The notes under the pieces: generated by a model
Database searches by the model: none
What the model saw: the letters and a program-made list of their open reading frames with translations, nothing else
Told to the model about the DNA's origin: nothing
Part shown: positions 46,006 to 55,188 of the stretch, piece after piece
Layout: each line of letters begins with the position of its first letter
Numbering within the stretch: the stretch's first letter is position 1
Made by a program: the position numbers and the translations under genes
DNA from: Syntrophales bacterium
Lineage (GTDB): Bacteria; Desulfobacterota; Syntrophia; Syntrophales; PHBD01
Length of the DNA: 64,000 bases
Assembly (NCBI GenBank): GCA_963668175.1
Contig: OY764159.1
Span: forward strand, 4,384,001 to 4,448,000
Reading direction: 5' to 3'

Positions 46006-47376
46006 ATGGAATCTTTACGACAAGATAACAAGCAGTTGGCAATCAACGACCGGCAGTATATTTGGCATCCCTTCACGCAAATGCAGCAGTATACGGCGGA
46101 GCAACCGGTCATCATAAAAGAGGGGTACGGTTGCATCCTGAAGGACATTGACGGAAATGAATATATCGACGGTGTATCCTCCCTCTGGACCAATGTCCAT
46201 GGTCACCGGAAAGCCCATCTCGATCAGGCCGTCAAAAATCAGATCGATCTGATCGCCCACTCCACCCTCCTCGGGCTTTCCAACGTACCGGCCATCCGGT
46301 GCGCGGAAATGCTCGTCCGCATAGCACCACCGGGATTGACCCGCGTATTTTACTCCGACAGCGGCTCGACGGCCGTCGAGATCGCCTTGAAGATAGCATT
46401 CCAGTATCATCAGCAAGCCCAAGACGGCCTTCGCGAGAAGAAGAAGTTCATCTCTCTCGTGAATGCCTATCACGGCGATACGATAGGGTCCGTCAGTGTC
46501 GGCGGCATCGATCTGTTCCACCAGGTGTACCATCCTTTGCTTTTTGATTCGTTTAAGGCGGAGTCCCCTTACTGTTACCGCTGCCCTTTCGGGAAATCTT
46601 ACCCGGACTGCAAAATGGAATGTTTTTGTCAGCTCGAAGATGTGGTGAAAGAGCATGCCCACGAGGTCTGCGCCCTGGTGATGGAACCCCTGGTTCAGGG
46701 GGCCGCGGGGATGTTGATGCAGCCTCCGGGATATTTGAAGAAGGTCCGCGACCTATGCACGGCCAATCGCATCTTCCTGATTGCGGATGAGGTCGCCGTG
46801 GGTTTCGGCAAGACGGGCAAAATGTTCGCCTGCGAACACGAAGGCGTGACGCCGGACATCATGACCGTGGCCAAGGGCATTACCGGCGGCTATCTCCCCT
46901 TAGCGGCCACGCTTGCCACGGAAGAGATCTACAGGGGATTCCTCGGCGAGTACGACGAGCTCAAGACGTTTTTCCACGGCCATACGTATACGGGCAACCC
47001 CCTGGCCTGTGCCGCGGCCATCGCCAATATGGAAATATTCGCGCAGGAAAAGGTCCTGGAAAAATTACAGGAAACCATCAGGCATCTCGCCGAACGGCTC
47101 GAGGCTTTCCGGTCGCTTGCCTGCGTCGGTGATATTCGCCAGAAAGGGATCATGGTCGGCATCGAACTGGTAAGCGAAAGGGAATCGAAAGAGCCCTTTC
47201 CGCTCAAAGACAACATCGGCCATCAGGTCACCCTGGAAGCAAGAAAACAAGGACTCATCATCCGTCCTCTCGGAGGAATCATCGTCATGATGCCGCCCCT
47301 GGCTGTGTCCATATCCGAAATCGACCGGATCTGCGACATCACCTACGACGCCATCAAAAAGGTCACCGAACGGTAA
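46006..47376 (+). CDS. bioA: Adenosylmethionine-8-amino-7-oxononanoate (DAPA) aminotransferase
   Basis: [53 protein letters not shown]. Confidence 0.96.
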   Translation: MESLRQDNKQLAINDRQYIWHPFTQMQQYTAEQPVIIKEGYGCILKDIDGNEYIDGVSSLWTNVHGHRKAHLDQAVKNQIDLIAHSTLLGLSNVPAIRCAEMLVRIAPPGLTRVFYSDSGSTAVEIALKIAFQYHQQAQDGLREKKKFISLVNAYHGDTIGSVSVGGIDLFHQVYHPLLFDSFKAESPYCYRCPFGKSYPDCKMECFCQLEDVVKEHAHEVCALVMEPLVQGAAGMLMQPPGYLKKVRDLCTANRIFLIADEVAVGFGKTGKMFACEHEGVTPDIMTVAKGITGGYLPLAATLATEEIYRGFLGEYDELKTFFHGHTYTGNPLACAAAIANMEIFAQEKVLEKLQETIRHLAERLEAFRSLACVGDIRQKGIMVGIELVSERESKEPFPLKDNIGHQVTLEARKQGLIIRPLGGIIVMMPPLAVSISEIDRICDITYDAIKKVTER

Positions 47377-47389
47377 ACGCGGGGACCCT

Positions 47390-47677
47390 ATGGAAATCAC
47401 CGGCACTTTCTTTTTCGATCCCGCCGACCGTATCTATCGGGACCATTTTCCTTCCCATCCGGTCGTACCGGGAACCCAAATCGTCCGCGCCTTCATGGAG
47501 GCCGTCCGAAGAGGGATACCGACGGCAAATCGTTTCGTCATCGACCATTTCAGGTTCCGGCATTTTATCGTCCCCGGGGAGTATTCTTACCGTATTCGGC
47601 CGGAAGAGAAGGGGCTTTCGTGTGCGCTGTTCGATCATGATCGTATCGTTGTAACCGGAAGGATGATCGTATCGTGA
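47390..47677 (+). CDS. Small hot-dog fold FabA/FabZ-like protein (His-bearing half)
   Basis: 95 aa; DHFPSHPVVPG matches the FabZ HFP..P..PG motif; FRHFIVPG. Confidence 0.75.
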   Translation: MEITGTFFFDPADRIYRDHFPSHPVVPGTQIVRAFMEAVRRGIPTANRFVIDHFRFRHFIVPGEYSYRIRPEEKGLSCALFDHDRIVVTGRMIVS

Positions 47678-48432
47678 ATATGACGTTTTCAGGAAAGCAT
47701 GCCCTCGTTTTGGGCGGAAGCTGCGAATTGGCGCTTGCTCTGGCTGATCGTTTCATAGAGACCGGTATCCGCCCCTTCTTAACCTTCAGAAACGAAGAAG
47801 GCAGGCAGCGAATCGAAGAACGCCTCGCTTCGTCTCAGGGGAAATTCGAGAACGTCTATTTCGATTTTGGGAAACCGGATACGATCAGTACATTATTCGC
47901 CGCCGTGGGTGAAGAGCTCGATTACCTCGTCGATTTCGCCCAGGGCAACTATGAGAGCTTTGTCGCGTCCGCAGACGGGGACGCGGTCGCCCGGTATATC
48001 CACGAAAATGTGGCCGTGCGCTCCCGACTTCTGAAAGAAGCGGGCCGTCTCATGTTGGCCAGAAAAAAAGGACGCATGGTGTTTGTTTCCTCGACAGCGG
48101 CTCTTTGGCCGAATCATGGACAGGGCTTCTATGCAGCTACAAAACTGGCAGCGGAAGCCCTCTACAAAAACATGGGCTTGGAACTGGGGAGACGAGGCGT
48201 CACGGCCGTTACCCTGAGGCCTGGCTATGTATATGCCGGACGCGGCCGGTCGTTTATCCAAAAAAACGAAATCGAAGTCATGCACAGAATACCGACGGAA
48301 AAAATACTGACCGCGGAAGAGATCGCGTCAGCCATCATGTTTCTCCTTTCGGACGGAGCCGCCGGCTTTAATGCTACGGAATTAACCATGGACGGCGGTC
48401 TCACGGCCGGCAAACAACTTCGGAGGATTTAA
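47674..48432 (+). CDS. SDR oxidoreductase, FabG-like 3-oxoacyl-ACP reductase
   Basis: VSS...YAATK catalytic residues, RPG, MDGG; atypical Gly-rich motif LGGSCELA. Confidence 0.8.
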   Translation: MNMTFSGKHALVLGGSCELALALADRFIETGIRPFLTFRNEEGRQRIEERLASSQGKFENVYFDFGKPDTISTLFAAVGEELDYLVDFAQGNYESFVASADGDAVARYIHENVAVRSRLLKEAGRLMLARKKGRMVFVSSTAALWPNHGQGFYAATKLAAEALYKNMGLELGRRGVTAVTLRPGYVYAGRGRSFIQKNEIEVMHRIPTEKILTAEEIASAIMFLLSDGAAGFNATELTMDGGLTAGKQLRRI

Positions 48433-48433
48433 G

Positions 48434-48799
48434 TTGGATCCATTCGTACAGATCAAAGAAATACTCATCAACCTTCTGGATATCGAAGGCCATGAGATCA
48501 CGCCGGAAACATACTTAATCAGGGACCTGGGCGCCGAATCGATCGATCTTCTGGAACTTGCCGTGGCCATCAGCGCCGAGTGCGGGGTCCAGGTGAACGA
48601 CAACGATATATTTCTCAAACCGTTGCGTCTTTATCTCGAGCAGGCCAAGGAAAGCGGCATCGATCCCGGAACCTACCTGGCGGAAAAATTCCCGTTTCTG
48701 ACAGGCCCGAGAATCAGGGAAATCCTGGCCGATATCCACCTGGGACCGGTGCTTAAAGTGAAGGATCTCACCGGTTACGTAGCCTGGAAGACATGTTGA
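48434..48799 (+). CDS. Acyl carrier protein with C-terminal insertion/extension
   Basis: ITPETYLIRDLGAESIDLLEL phosphopantetheine-site motif; 121 aa. Confidence 0.85.
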   Translation: MDPFVQIKEILINLLDIEGHEITPETYLIRDLGAESIDLLELAVAISAECGVQVNDNDIFLKPLRLYLEQAKESGIDPGTYLAEKFPFLTGPRIREILADIHLGPVLKVKDLTGYVAWKTC

Positions 48800-48901
48800 A
48801 GGGCGATAACGGATGCGCAGGAGTTTCAGCGGGGCCGATCAGCGAATCGAAGGCGTTTGTCTGAAGAATTGGATTCATAAAGTGCCCGGCATCGTAAGCT
48901 T

Positions 48902-49534
48902 ATGTCGATTTTAGATGAACTGACCACACAAAGAAGAAGCATCCGCACCTACAAGGCGGATATGCCCCCTGAAGAGTGGATCTCGGTGATGCTCCGGTGC
49001 GCTGCCAAAGCGCCGTCGCCCACAAACAGCCGCCCCGTCAGGTTCGTCCGGATAAAATCCCACGAGAAGCGTGCCTCCCTTCACCGGGCGATGCACCAGG
49101 GCTATCAAAACTTGCTGGAAGCGGCCAAGCAATGCGAGAAACCCCGGAGAAAAACGAATATCGTCAACGCCTACTGGCGGTACTCGGAATTTATCAACAA
49201 TGCCCCTCTGCTTTTCGCCGTCGGCGTTAAAACCGACGGTAACGGTTTTTCCAAAAGACTCTTCGAGGCCGAACTCATTTCCCGGGACGACAGAACGGAC
49301 ACCGATCTCGATATCACCGTCGGCCTGGCCTTGAAAGGGTTTCTCCTGAAAGGCACCGAACTCGGTCTCGGCATGTGCATCCTTACGGCGCCGCTCGTTT
49401 TTGCCGGCGATATCGACAAAATCCTCGGACTTTCCGGCATCCGCATCAAGTGCCTGGTAACGGCAGGCTATCCCCATGAAACGCCGCCCTACCTGGAAAG
49501 AATGCAGGCGTCCGATATGCTGTTGGAAATATAA
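48902..49534 (+). CDS. Nitroreductase-family flavoprotein
   Basis: RRSIRTY and APSPTNSRP FMN-binding motifs, LGLGMC, AGYP. Confidence 0.88.
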   Translation: MSILDELTTQRRSIRTYKADMPPEEWISVMLRCAAKAPSPTNSRPVRFVRIKSHEKRASLHRAMHQGYQNLLEAAKQCEKPRRKTNIVNAYWRYSEFINNAPLLFAVGVKTDGNGFSKRLFEAELISRDDRTDTDLDITVGLALKGFLLKGTELGLGMCILTAPLVFAGDIDKILGLSGIRIKCLVTAGYPHETPPYLERMQASDMLLEI

Positions 49535-50746
49535 ATGGACAGACGCGTCGTCATCACATCCATGGGCGTTGTTTCCTCCCTGGGGGACACTCCGGAAAAG
49601 ATCATGGCGAGCATTCGGAATGAAAAGGTCTCTTTTGCAAGACCGGCATTCGACAACGAAATCGTCATCAGCCCCATACGGCATTTTGTCCTCAAGGATT
49701 ATATCGGACGCTTCAAGAACGCCCGATATCTGATACGAGGCGCCCAACTGGGTGTGGCCTCCGCCGTGGTGGCCTTCAAGAGGGCCAACCTTGACGAGGG
49801 CATGACGGCCGACTGCGGCCTCTTTGTGGGAACGGGCCCGAACATGGACATCAGCGGTGAATTCCCCGATTTCGCCAGGGGCAAGCTGGATACGGACAAC
49901 CTGAACGCCCTCTGGATGCTGCGTTTTCTCCCCAACACGATGGCCTCGACGATTGCACAACTGACCGGAACGCACGGAGAGAATAGCACGATCACCACGG
50001 CCTGCGCCGCCTCCCTGCATGCCTTGGGCGAGGCGTTCCGGAAAATCAGGGACGGGTATCTTGATCTGGCCCTGGCCGGCGGCGGAGAGTCACGTATCAA
50101 TCCCATCGGTATCCTCGGTTATAAAAAAGCGCGGGCCTTAAACAGCGGCCCCGGGGCCCCGGAAAAGGCATCGCGGCCCTTCAACGAAGACAGATCGGGA
50201 TTCGTTCCGGGAGAAGGAGGCGCTTTTTTCCTCCTGGAAGACCTGGAACACGCCCGGAAGCGCAAGGCGGATATCTATGGCGAAATTTGCGGCTTTGGAA
50301 ATTCCCTGGACGGCGTAACCATGACCGCGCCCGATGCCGAAGGCATATGGGCCGAAAAGGCGATATTTTCGGCGTTCCATGAAGCAGGGGTTGCCCCGGC
50401 AGACATCGACCTTGTCTGCACGCACGGCACGGGGACCTGTCTCAACGATGCCATGGAGCATACCTTGATCAAGCGAATATACGGAACCCACAAACCCTAC
50501 CTGCTGGCGCTCAAATCATGGATCGGCCACCTATCGGCGGCCTGCGGGGCCGTTGAATCCGCCCTGCTTCTGATCTGCATGCAAAACGGCTATCTTCCGG
50601 AGATCCGCAATCTCAGCGCCCCCTGTGCGGATGACCTTAACTTCGTCCGGGAAGCCAGGACCTTCACGCCTCGGACGGCCGTCATCCAGAATTTCGGCTT
50701 CGGCGGCCAGAACGGCGCCCTGGTGATCAAGTCATGGAAAGAATAG
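49535..50746 (+). CDS. Beta-ketoacyl-ACP synthase (FabF/FabB-like)
   Basis: RVVITSMG, TACAAS (Cys), HGTGT (His), KSWIGH (His), NFGFGGQN. Confidence 0.93.
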   Translation: MDRRVVITSMGVVSSLGDTPEKIMASIRNEKVSFARPAFDNEIVISPIRHFVLKDYIGRFKNARYLIRGAQLGVASAVVAFKRANLDEGMTADCGLFVGTGPNMDISGEFPDFARGKLDTDNLNALWMLRFLPNTMASTIAQLTGTHGENSTITTACAASLHALGEAFRKIRDGYLDLALAGGGESRINPIGILGYKKARALNSGPGAPEKASRPFNEDRSGFVPGEGGAFFLLEDLEHARKRKADIYGEICGFGNSLDGVTMTAPDAEGIWAEKAIFSAFHEAGVAPADIDLVCTHGTGTCLNDAMEHTLIKRIYGTHKPYLLALKSWIGHLSAACGAVESALLLICMQNGYLPEIRNLSAPCADDLNFVREARTFTPRTAVIQNFGFGGQNGALVIKSWKE

Positions 50747-51171
50747 TTATCCATACGGGCCTCGATCATTTCGTCATGGTGGATGCGATCGACGGCATGG
50801 ACGAAAACCAGATCGACGGCGAGGTCACTCTTGAAAACGCCGATCCGACCCTGCTTCTTGAATCCCTGGCGCAATTGGCGGGCCTGCATATCCGCCATTC
50901 CCTCGACTTCACCAAACACGCCTTCCTGGTAAGGATCTCGGGAGCACCGCTTCCTGAGGAGAAATCCCTAACCGGTACGTACAGCCTGCGGGGAAAGCTG
51001 GTCAGCCGCAGCGAGGAGGCCTTCACCTACCGTTTGGAGGCCGGCGGGAAAAATGTTCCCGTCGTCCGCGGGCAGTTTCTCTTCGGCACGGTCGATTATA
51101 ATGACGATTTCCAAAAGGATATTTTACAGAAGCATTATCGAAAGGTCCTGGCATGCGCGAAGAGGAAATAA
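50734..51171 (+). CDS. Hot-dog fold FabZ-like protein (Glu-bearing half)
   Basis: HFVMVDAI and LLESLAQLAG resemble FabZ PFLLVD and IEAMAQ; no HFP motif. Confidence 0.65.
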   Translation: MERIVIHTGLDHFVMVDAIDGMDENQIDGEVTLENADPTLLLESLAQLAGLHIRHSLDFTKHAFLVRISGAPLPEEKSLTGTYSLRGKLVSRSEEAFTYRLEAGGKNVPVVRGQFLFGTVDYNDDFQKDILQKHYRKVLACAKRK

Positions 51172-52298
51172 AGGAAAGACTCAAAGTGCAGAAGCAGGCC
51201 GGCCTCTATCGGGACCCCCCGGAGATAACCCGCCGGGCCGGTAAATTTGTTTATATCAAGGATCGGAAATATCTGAATTTCGCTTCCAACGACTACCTCG
51301 GCCTCGCTTCTTCCCGGGAAGTACGGAAAAGGGTCGCGGCAAATTTTGCGAAATTCGGTACATCGTCTTCATCCTCGCGGCTCGTGTCCGGCAATTACGG
51401 AATCATCTCCCGGGCGGAAGAAGCCTATGCCCGGCACTTCGGCTACGACCAGGCCCTCTTCTTCCCCAGCGGCTATCAGGCCAACATCGGCCTTATTTCC
51501 GGATTGTTCGACCAGGAAGACACCATTATCTTCGACAAGCATATCCATGCCAGCAGCGTCAAGGGAATAGGCATGAGCCGCGCCGCGTTTTTCGGCTACA
51601 ATCACAACAACATGCCGCACCTGGCCAGACGTCTTGAGGCCAACGCAAACAGACGCCCGGCCGTGCTTACGGAAGCCCTTTTCAGCATGGACGGCGATCT
51701 GCTCGACGTGGAAGGGCTCGACCGTCTCAAGAAGCAATACGACTTTTTAACCATCGTCGACGAGGCCCATTCCTTCGGTGCCCTGGGCCCGGGAGGCCGC
51801 GGCATAGGACGGACGGTGGCGGATGTTGCCGTCGGCACCTTCGGCAAGGCCTTCGCACTCTTCGGGGCCTTTGTCCTCATGCCGGAGGGCTTCAAGGAAT
51901 ATCTCTACAATTTTTCCTCGCCCCTCATCTATTCGACCACATTGCCGGAAGCCCATGCGGCCTCGGCGATAGATATTCTGGATATTGTGCAAAGCAGCGG
52001 CCACAGACGGAGAAAGCTCCGCCATATCAGCGGCCGCATGAAAGATCGGCTGCAACGGGAGGGATTTAAAACCTACGGGGATGCCCACATCCTTGCCGTC
52101 GAAATCGGCGCGGAGGAATTGGCGGTCGCCGTCGCCGGAAGGATGAGAGAAAGGGGCATCTTCGTATTCCCGGCCAGATTTCCAACCGTTCCGCTTCATA
52201 AGGCCATTTTAAGGATCAGCATGACCGCACGGCATACGGATCGAGATGCCGCTTGCTTTATCGACACACTCAAGGAGGCCATCCATTGCGAGAATTAA
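51153..52298 (+). CDS. bioF: 8-amino-7-oxononanoate synthase
   Basis: NFASNDYLG, SRLVSG, HASS, FSMDGD, DEAH, GTFGKA, PTVP. Confidence 0.93.
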   Translation: MREEEIKERLKVQKQAGLYRDPPEITRRAGKFVYIKDRKYLNFASNDYLGLASSREVRKRVAANFAKFGTSSSSSRLVSGNYGIISRAEEAYARHFGYDQALFFPSGYQANIGLISGLFDQEDTIIFDKHIHASSVKGIGMSRAAFFGYNHNNMPHLARRLEANANRRPAVLTEALFSMDGDLLDVEGLDRLKKQYDFLTIVDEAHSFGALGPGGRGIGRTVADVAVGTFGKAFALFGAFVLMPEGFKEYLYNFSSPLIYSTTLPEAHAASAIDILDIVQSSGHRRRKLRHISGRMKDRLQREGFKTYGDAHILAVEIGAEELAVAVAGRMRERGIFVFPARFPTVPLHKAILRISMTARHTDRDAACFIDTLKEAIHCEN

Positions 52299-52975
52299 TC
52301 TTTGTTACAGGTACGGACACGGGCGTGGGCAAAACGGTCCTGTCGCTCATCCTCATGCAGTATTTCTTCAGGAAAGGGAAAAAGCCGTTCTATCTGAAGC
52401 CGGCACAGACCGGATGTATCGATCCTTACGATACCGACAGCGACGCCCGGTTTATTTACAGCCACATACCGCAGTTGGGCGGACAGAATCCCGCCGACTC
52501 GGTGATCCTGTGTTTCAAGAATCCCAAAGCGCCTTTTTTTGCCGCCAGGGATGAAGGAAAAGTCCTCGACATGGAGAAAATATTCAAGGTCATCTCAGAT
52601 CGTCACCGGACTTCCGATCCCTTGATCGTCGAGGCGGCCGGAGGGCTCATGGTCCCCATGACGGACCAGATGCTTGTCGTGGATTTCGTCAAGCTGCTCA
52701 ATGCCAGGCCCCTGCTTGCCGCACGCGCGGGACTGGGCACGATCAACCACACCCTCCTCTCCTTTGAAAGCCTGCGGGCGCGTGGGATACAACCGGCCGG
52801 CATCGTCTTCATGGACTCGGGTCCGTCACCCACCGACAAGGAAATGATTGCGGAAAACATCGAAGCCGTCAGACAATTTTCCGGGATAACCGTCGCCGGT
52901 ACCATCGGGGCCATCGGCGATTTCTCCAACCCGGGAGACGACTGCTTCCGGCCCCTGGAGAAGATCTACGGATAA
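52286..52975 (+). CDS. bioD: Dethiobiotin synthetase
   Basis: VTGTDTGVGKT, KPAQTG, EAAGG, LGTINH; TTG start after AAGGAGG. Confidence 0.95.
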   Translation: MRELIFVTGTDTGVGKTVLSLILMQYFFRKGKKPFYLKPAQTGCIDPYDTDSDARFIYSHIPQLGGQNPADSVILCFKNPKAPFFAARDEGKVLDMEKIFKVISDRHRTSDPLIVEAAGGLMVPMTDQMLVVDFVKLLNARPLLAARAGLGTINHTLLSFESLRARGIQPAGIVFMDSGPSPTDKEMIAENIEAVRQFSGITVAGTIGAIGDFSNPGDDCFRPLEKIYG

Positions 52976-53229
52976 TCTCGGGCAGCAAGCCCGTATTCAC
53001 TTTTAACTTCAGCCATTAGTCGTTGCGGGACGGACAGGAGCATTTGTCATATCAAGGCACCAAAGATGTGGCGGAAAACGGAAGCCCATGTTATAGGTTA
53101 TCAGACAATCGGCACGACAGACCTGTCTGGAGATGACATGTCCGGGGCAGTTTGCGGTACGGTTGGATTTGTTTTCCGTTGTAATAATGGACGGATATTG
53201 TCATCCCAAAGCCCGAGAACACATATTTT

Positions 53230-54093
53230 ATGACCTATCGTTATCGTCTTACCGAAGATGACATAGCCGGATTCAAAGACTGGTTTCTGAACTATACGGC
53301 ATCCTTTCATTCGGGCGCCGAACATGACGAGCAAAGCTACGTCCTCAAGAAGAGACATTCCTTCAAAGTCGCCCGGGCGATAAGGATTGTCGGCGAGTCA
53401 CTGGGCCTGAATCCTAACGATCTCCGGGTGGCCGAGGCGATGGCGTTACTGCACGATGTGGGTCGATTTGAACAGTATGCGCGATACAGAACATTCGCCG
53501 ATGCCAAGTCGGTGGACCATGCCGATCTGGGCGTCCAGGTCCTTCGTGAGTGCCGAATCCTGGATACCCTGGGACAACAGACCCGGGATATTATTCTGAA
53601 GGCCATTTCTTACCATAACCGACTCAGTATTCCCGCCGACGAGACGGAGGAATGCCTCTTTTTCAGCCGGCTCTTACGGGACGCGGACAAAATCGATATT
53701 TTTCGCGTCGCCACCTGTTATTACCTGGACAAGGACTCGGAGCGCAATGCCGCCATTGAGCTCGACCTGCCCGATTCCGACGAAATCTCCGGAGAGATCA
53801 TCCGATGCCTGGAAGAAGGCCGTCTCGTCCGGAGCGGGCTGTTAAAATCTCTGAATGACTTTAAGCTCCTCCAGATGGGTTGGGTTTACGATATGAATTT
53901 TCTGCCCGCCCTGCAACTGATCCGGGAAAAAGGCTACATCGAAGCCATTCGCCTGGCTCTCCCGGCTTCAGACGATGTTGACAGGGCATATGCCCGGGTC
54001 GCGGCATATCTTCATGAACGGCTGAACGGCGGGCAGAAGCTTGTCAATCGGGAACCGTGCGGGTCGGCGAAGGAGGCCGGTTTCTTACGGTGA
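53230..54093 (+). CDS. HD domain protein
   Basis: KKRHS...LLHDVGRFEQ...HNR...RDADKID. Confidence 0.88.
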   Translation: MTYRYRLTEDDIAGFKDWFLNYTASFHSGAEHDEQSYVLKKRHSFKVARAIRIVGESLGLNPNDLRVAEAMALLHDVGRFEQYARYRTFADAKSVDHADLGVQVLRECRILDTLGQQTRDIILKAISYHNRLSIPADETEECLFFSRLLRDADKIDIFRVATCYYLDKDSERNAAIELDLPDSDEISGEIIRCLEEGRLVRSGLLKSLNDFKLLQMGWVYDMNFLPALQLIREKGYIEAIRLALPASDDVDRAYARVAAYLHERLNGGQKLVNREPCGSAKEAGFLR

Positions 54094-54228
54094 TTATATC
54101 TTTCCGAACCCGGTAGACGAACCGTAGCGGAGATCGAAGCCGACAAAGTCCGCAGGTATTGTTTCCATTGATTTTCTTACTATTTTGTGGTTTTATTCCG
54201 GGTAATCGAACAGAGGAAGGAAATCTTT

Positions 54229-54945
54229 ATGGACAGACAGATCGTGGATGACGCCCGCAAGGCCAATGTCGATTTCCTGATCAGGCATATCCCCTTCCTG
54301 GCTTGCCTGACCCCGGACGAAATTACCAGCATAAGAAATATCGTCATTGAAAGGCAGTTCGCCAAAAACCAGGTTATTCTTCACGAAGAAGAAACGTCCA
54401 ACTTTTTCTATTTTATCTATACGGGCGAAGTCAAAATCATTCAAATCAGCGTGGAGGGAAAAGAAAGAATTCTTGCCATCCATAAACGCGGCGAATACTT
54501 CGGCGAAATGTCCATTCTGGACGGCAAGACCTTGCCGGCGACCGTCGTGGCCATGGAAGATACCCGGATCGGATTGATATCCCGGGAAAATTTCATGAGA
54601 TACCTGCTGAGCAACGAGAAGGTTTTAAAGGAACTTATCGCCATCCTCTGCTCAAGATTGAGGGAATCCTGGCTCATGATCAAGGTCTTAAGCTTTGCCG
54701 ATGCGGAGCAGAGAGTGCGGGTCGTTCTGAAAAATATGGGGGATCACTTCGGCGTCAAGGATCAGCGCGGCATATTGATCAGTCTGCGCTTGACCCACAA
54801 CGACATCGCCAACCTGGCATCCATCTCCCGGGAAACGGTGACCCGAACGCTAAACCGTCTCGAAGACAACGGTGAAATTGAAGTTCTCGAGGGTAAAAAA
54901 GTCCTCATGAAACCCCTCTTCACGGAAAGAATGGACATCCTCTGA
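54229..54945 (+). CDS. Crp/Fnr family transcriptional regulator
   Basis: cNMP-binding fold (GEVKI, FGEMS) plus HTH SRETVTR. Confidence 0.93.
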   Translation: MDRQIVDDARKANVDFLIRHIPFLACLTPDEITSIRNIVIERQFAKNQVILHEEETSNFFYFIYTGEVKIIQISVEGKERILAIHKRGEYFGEMSILDGKTLPATVVAMEDTRIGLISRENFMRYLLSNEKVLKELIAILCSRLRESWLMIKVLSFADAEQRVRVVLKNMGDHFGVKDQRGILISLRLTHNDIANLASISRETVTRTLNRLEDNGEIEVLEGKKVLMKPLFTERMDIL

Positions 54946-55070
54946 GGAGGGCTATCGGGTCCGGTCTTGAACAACCCGTTTCCGAACGACTTTCCCCATC
55001 GGCGGCCTGCCAAATCCCTTTTTAACCATCCCGCTTCACACCTCGTTCCATCCAGTTACTGCACCTCTTT

Positions 55071-55086
55071 TGTGACCTGGATCACA
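55071..55086. promoter_or_regulatory. CRP-type binding site
   Basis: Exact TGTGA-cctgga-TCACA, followed by TGGTATAAA (-10-like) at 55103-55111. Confidence 0.8.
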
Positions 55087-55188
55087 GATCATTGTCCCAT
55101 TCTGGTATAAATCTGACATCAAAGCCGGCAGGTCGGCATTGGGACCTGGGATCAACTGTTTAACACTAGGAACGAAAGGAGGCCAACC

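Noticed and set aside
47390..51171. Cassette as an aryl-polyene, type II PKS or ladderane-like secondary metabolite cluster
   Set aside because: Only one KS and no chain-length factor, ligase, transferase or exporter. The genes are interleaved with and coupled to bioA/F/D behind a BirA-type operator.
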